This document shows, piece after piece, positions 34,315 through 34,395 of a stretch of DNA of 34,395 nt. The DNA comes from an uncultured virus (IMG/VR IMGVR_UViG_3300037358_000205) (Duplodnaviria; Heunggongvirae; Uroviricota; Caudoviricetes), in the IMG/VR virus record IMGVR_UViG_3300037358_000205; one strand, 5' to 3'. Below the pieces are notes generated by a model. The model did no database searches, was not told where the DNA came from, and saw only the letters and a list, made by a program, of their open reading frames with translations. A program made the translations under genes and the position numbers. The first letter of the stretch is position 1, and every line of letters starts with the position of its first letter.

Positions 34315-34395
34315 GGTGGGTTTTTGGGCGAGGTTTTTGGTAACATTCCGGTGTTCCCGGCTGGTAACATCGGTCAATTGAACATAGCCGAACAT

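Larger units (their letters stand above)
1..34395. mobile_element. temperate phage or phage-like integrative element (partial)
   Basis: Integrase, xis-like and repressor module, primase-helicase, putative tail genes and a dense early-gene arm; no host housekeeping genes. Confidence 0.75.

Overview
GC-rich window that reads as part of a temperate phage or phage-like integrative element. No host housekeeping genes are seen, and no capsid, portal or terminase genes lie in the window. Left arm (1-17.5 kb): a leftward 'early/leading-like' gene train containing two N6-adenine DNA methyltransferase domains (one runs off the left edge and is missing from the ORF track), a DUF3560-like protein, a clamp-loader-like AAA+ ATPase, a stand-alone ATP-dependent ligase adenylation domain, DUF2314- and DUF6908-like proteins and many hypotheticals, plus one opposite-strand HEPN-like gene. 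This arm is punctuated by 17 copies of the 16-bp palindrome GCTTCACGCGTGAAGC (13 perfect, 4 variant), mostly at gene boundaries. The two variants flanking the DUF3560 gene are reciprocal hybrids, which is what site-specific cassette insertion would leave. The arm also holds two non-canonical CCA-ending tRNA-like RNAs and a repeated TAAGGCA-N6-CGTATA promoter-like motif. Centre: a candidate origin (GCTTCC repeats, an AT-rich core and an 18-bp inverted repeat) next to a P4-alpha-like primase-helicase and a small HTH gene. Right arm: putative tail/virion genes, a poly-Ser/His mucin-like protein, five glycosyltransferases and a sulfotransferase, then an XRE repressor, an excisionase-like gene and a tyrosine integrase. 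A second motif, AAAGTWACTTT, recurs across the whole window, usually 1-3.5 kb apart, including inside genes. All family calls come from motif recognition by eye; no database searches were run.
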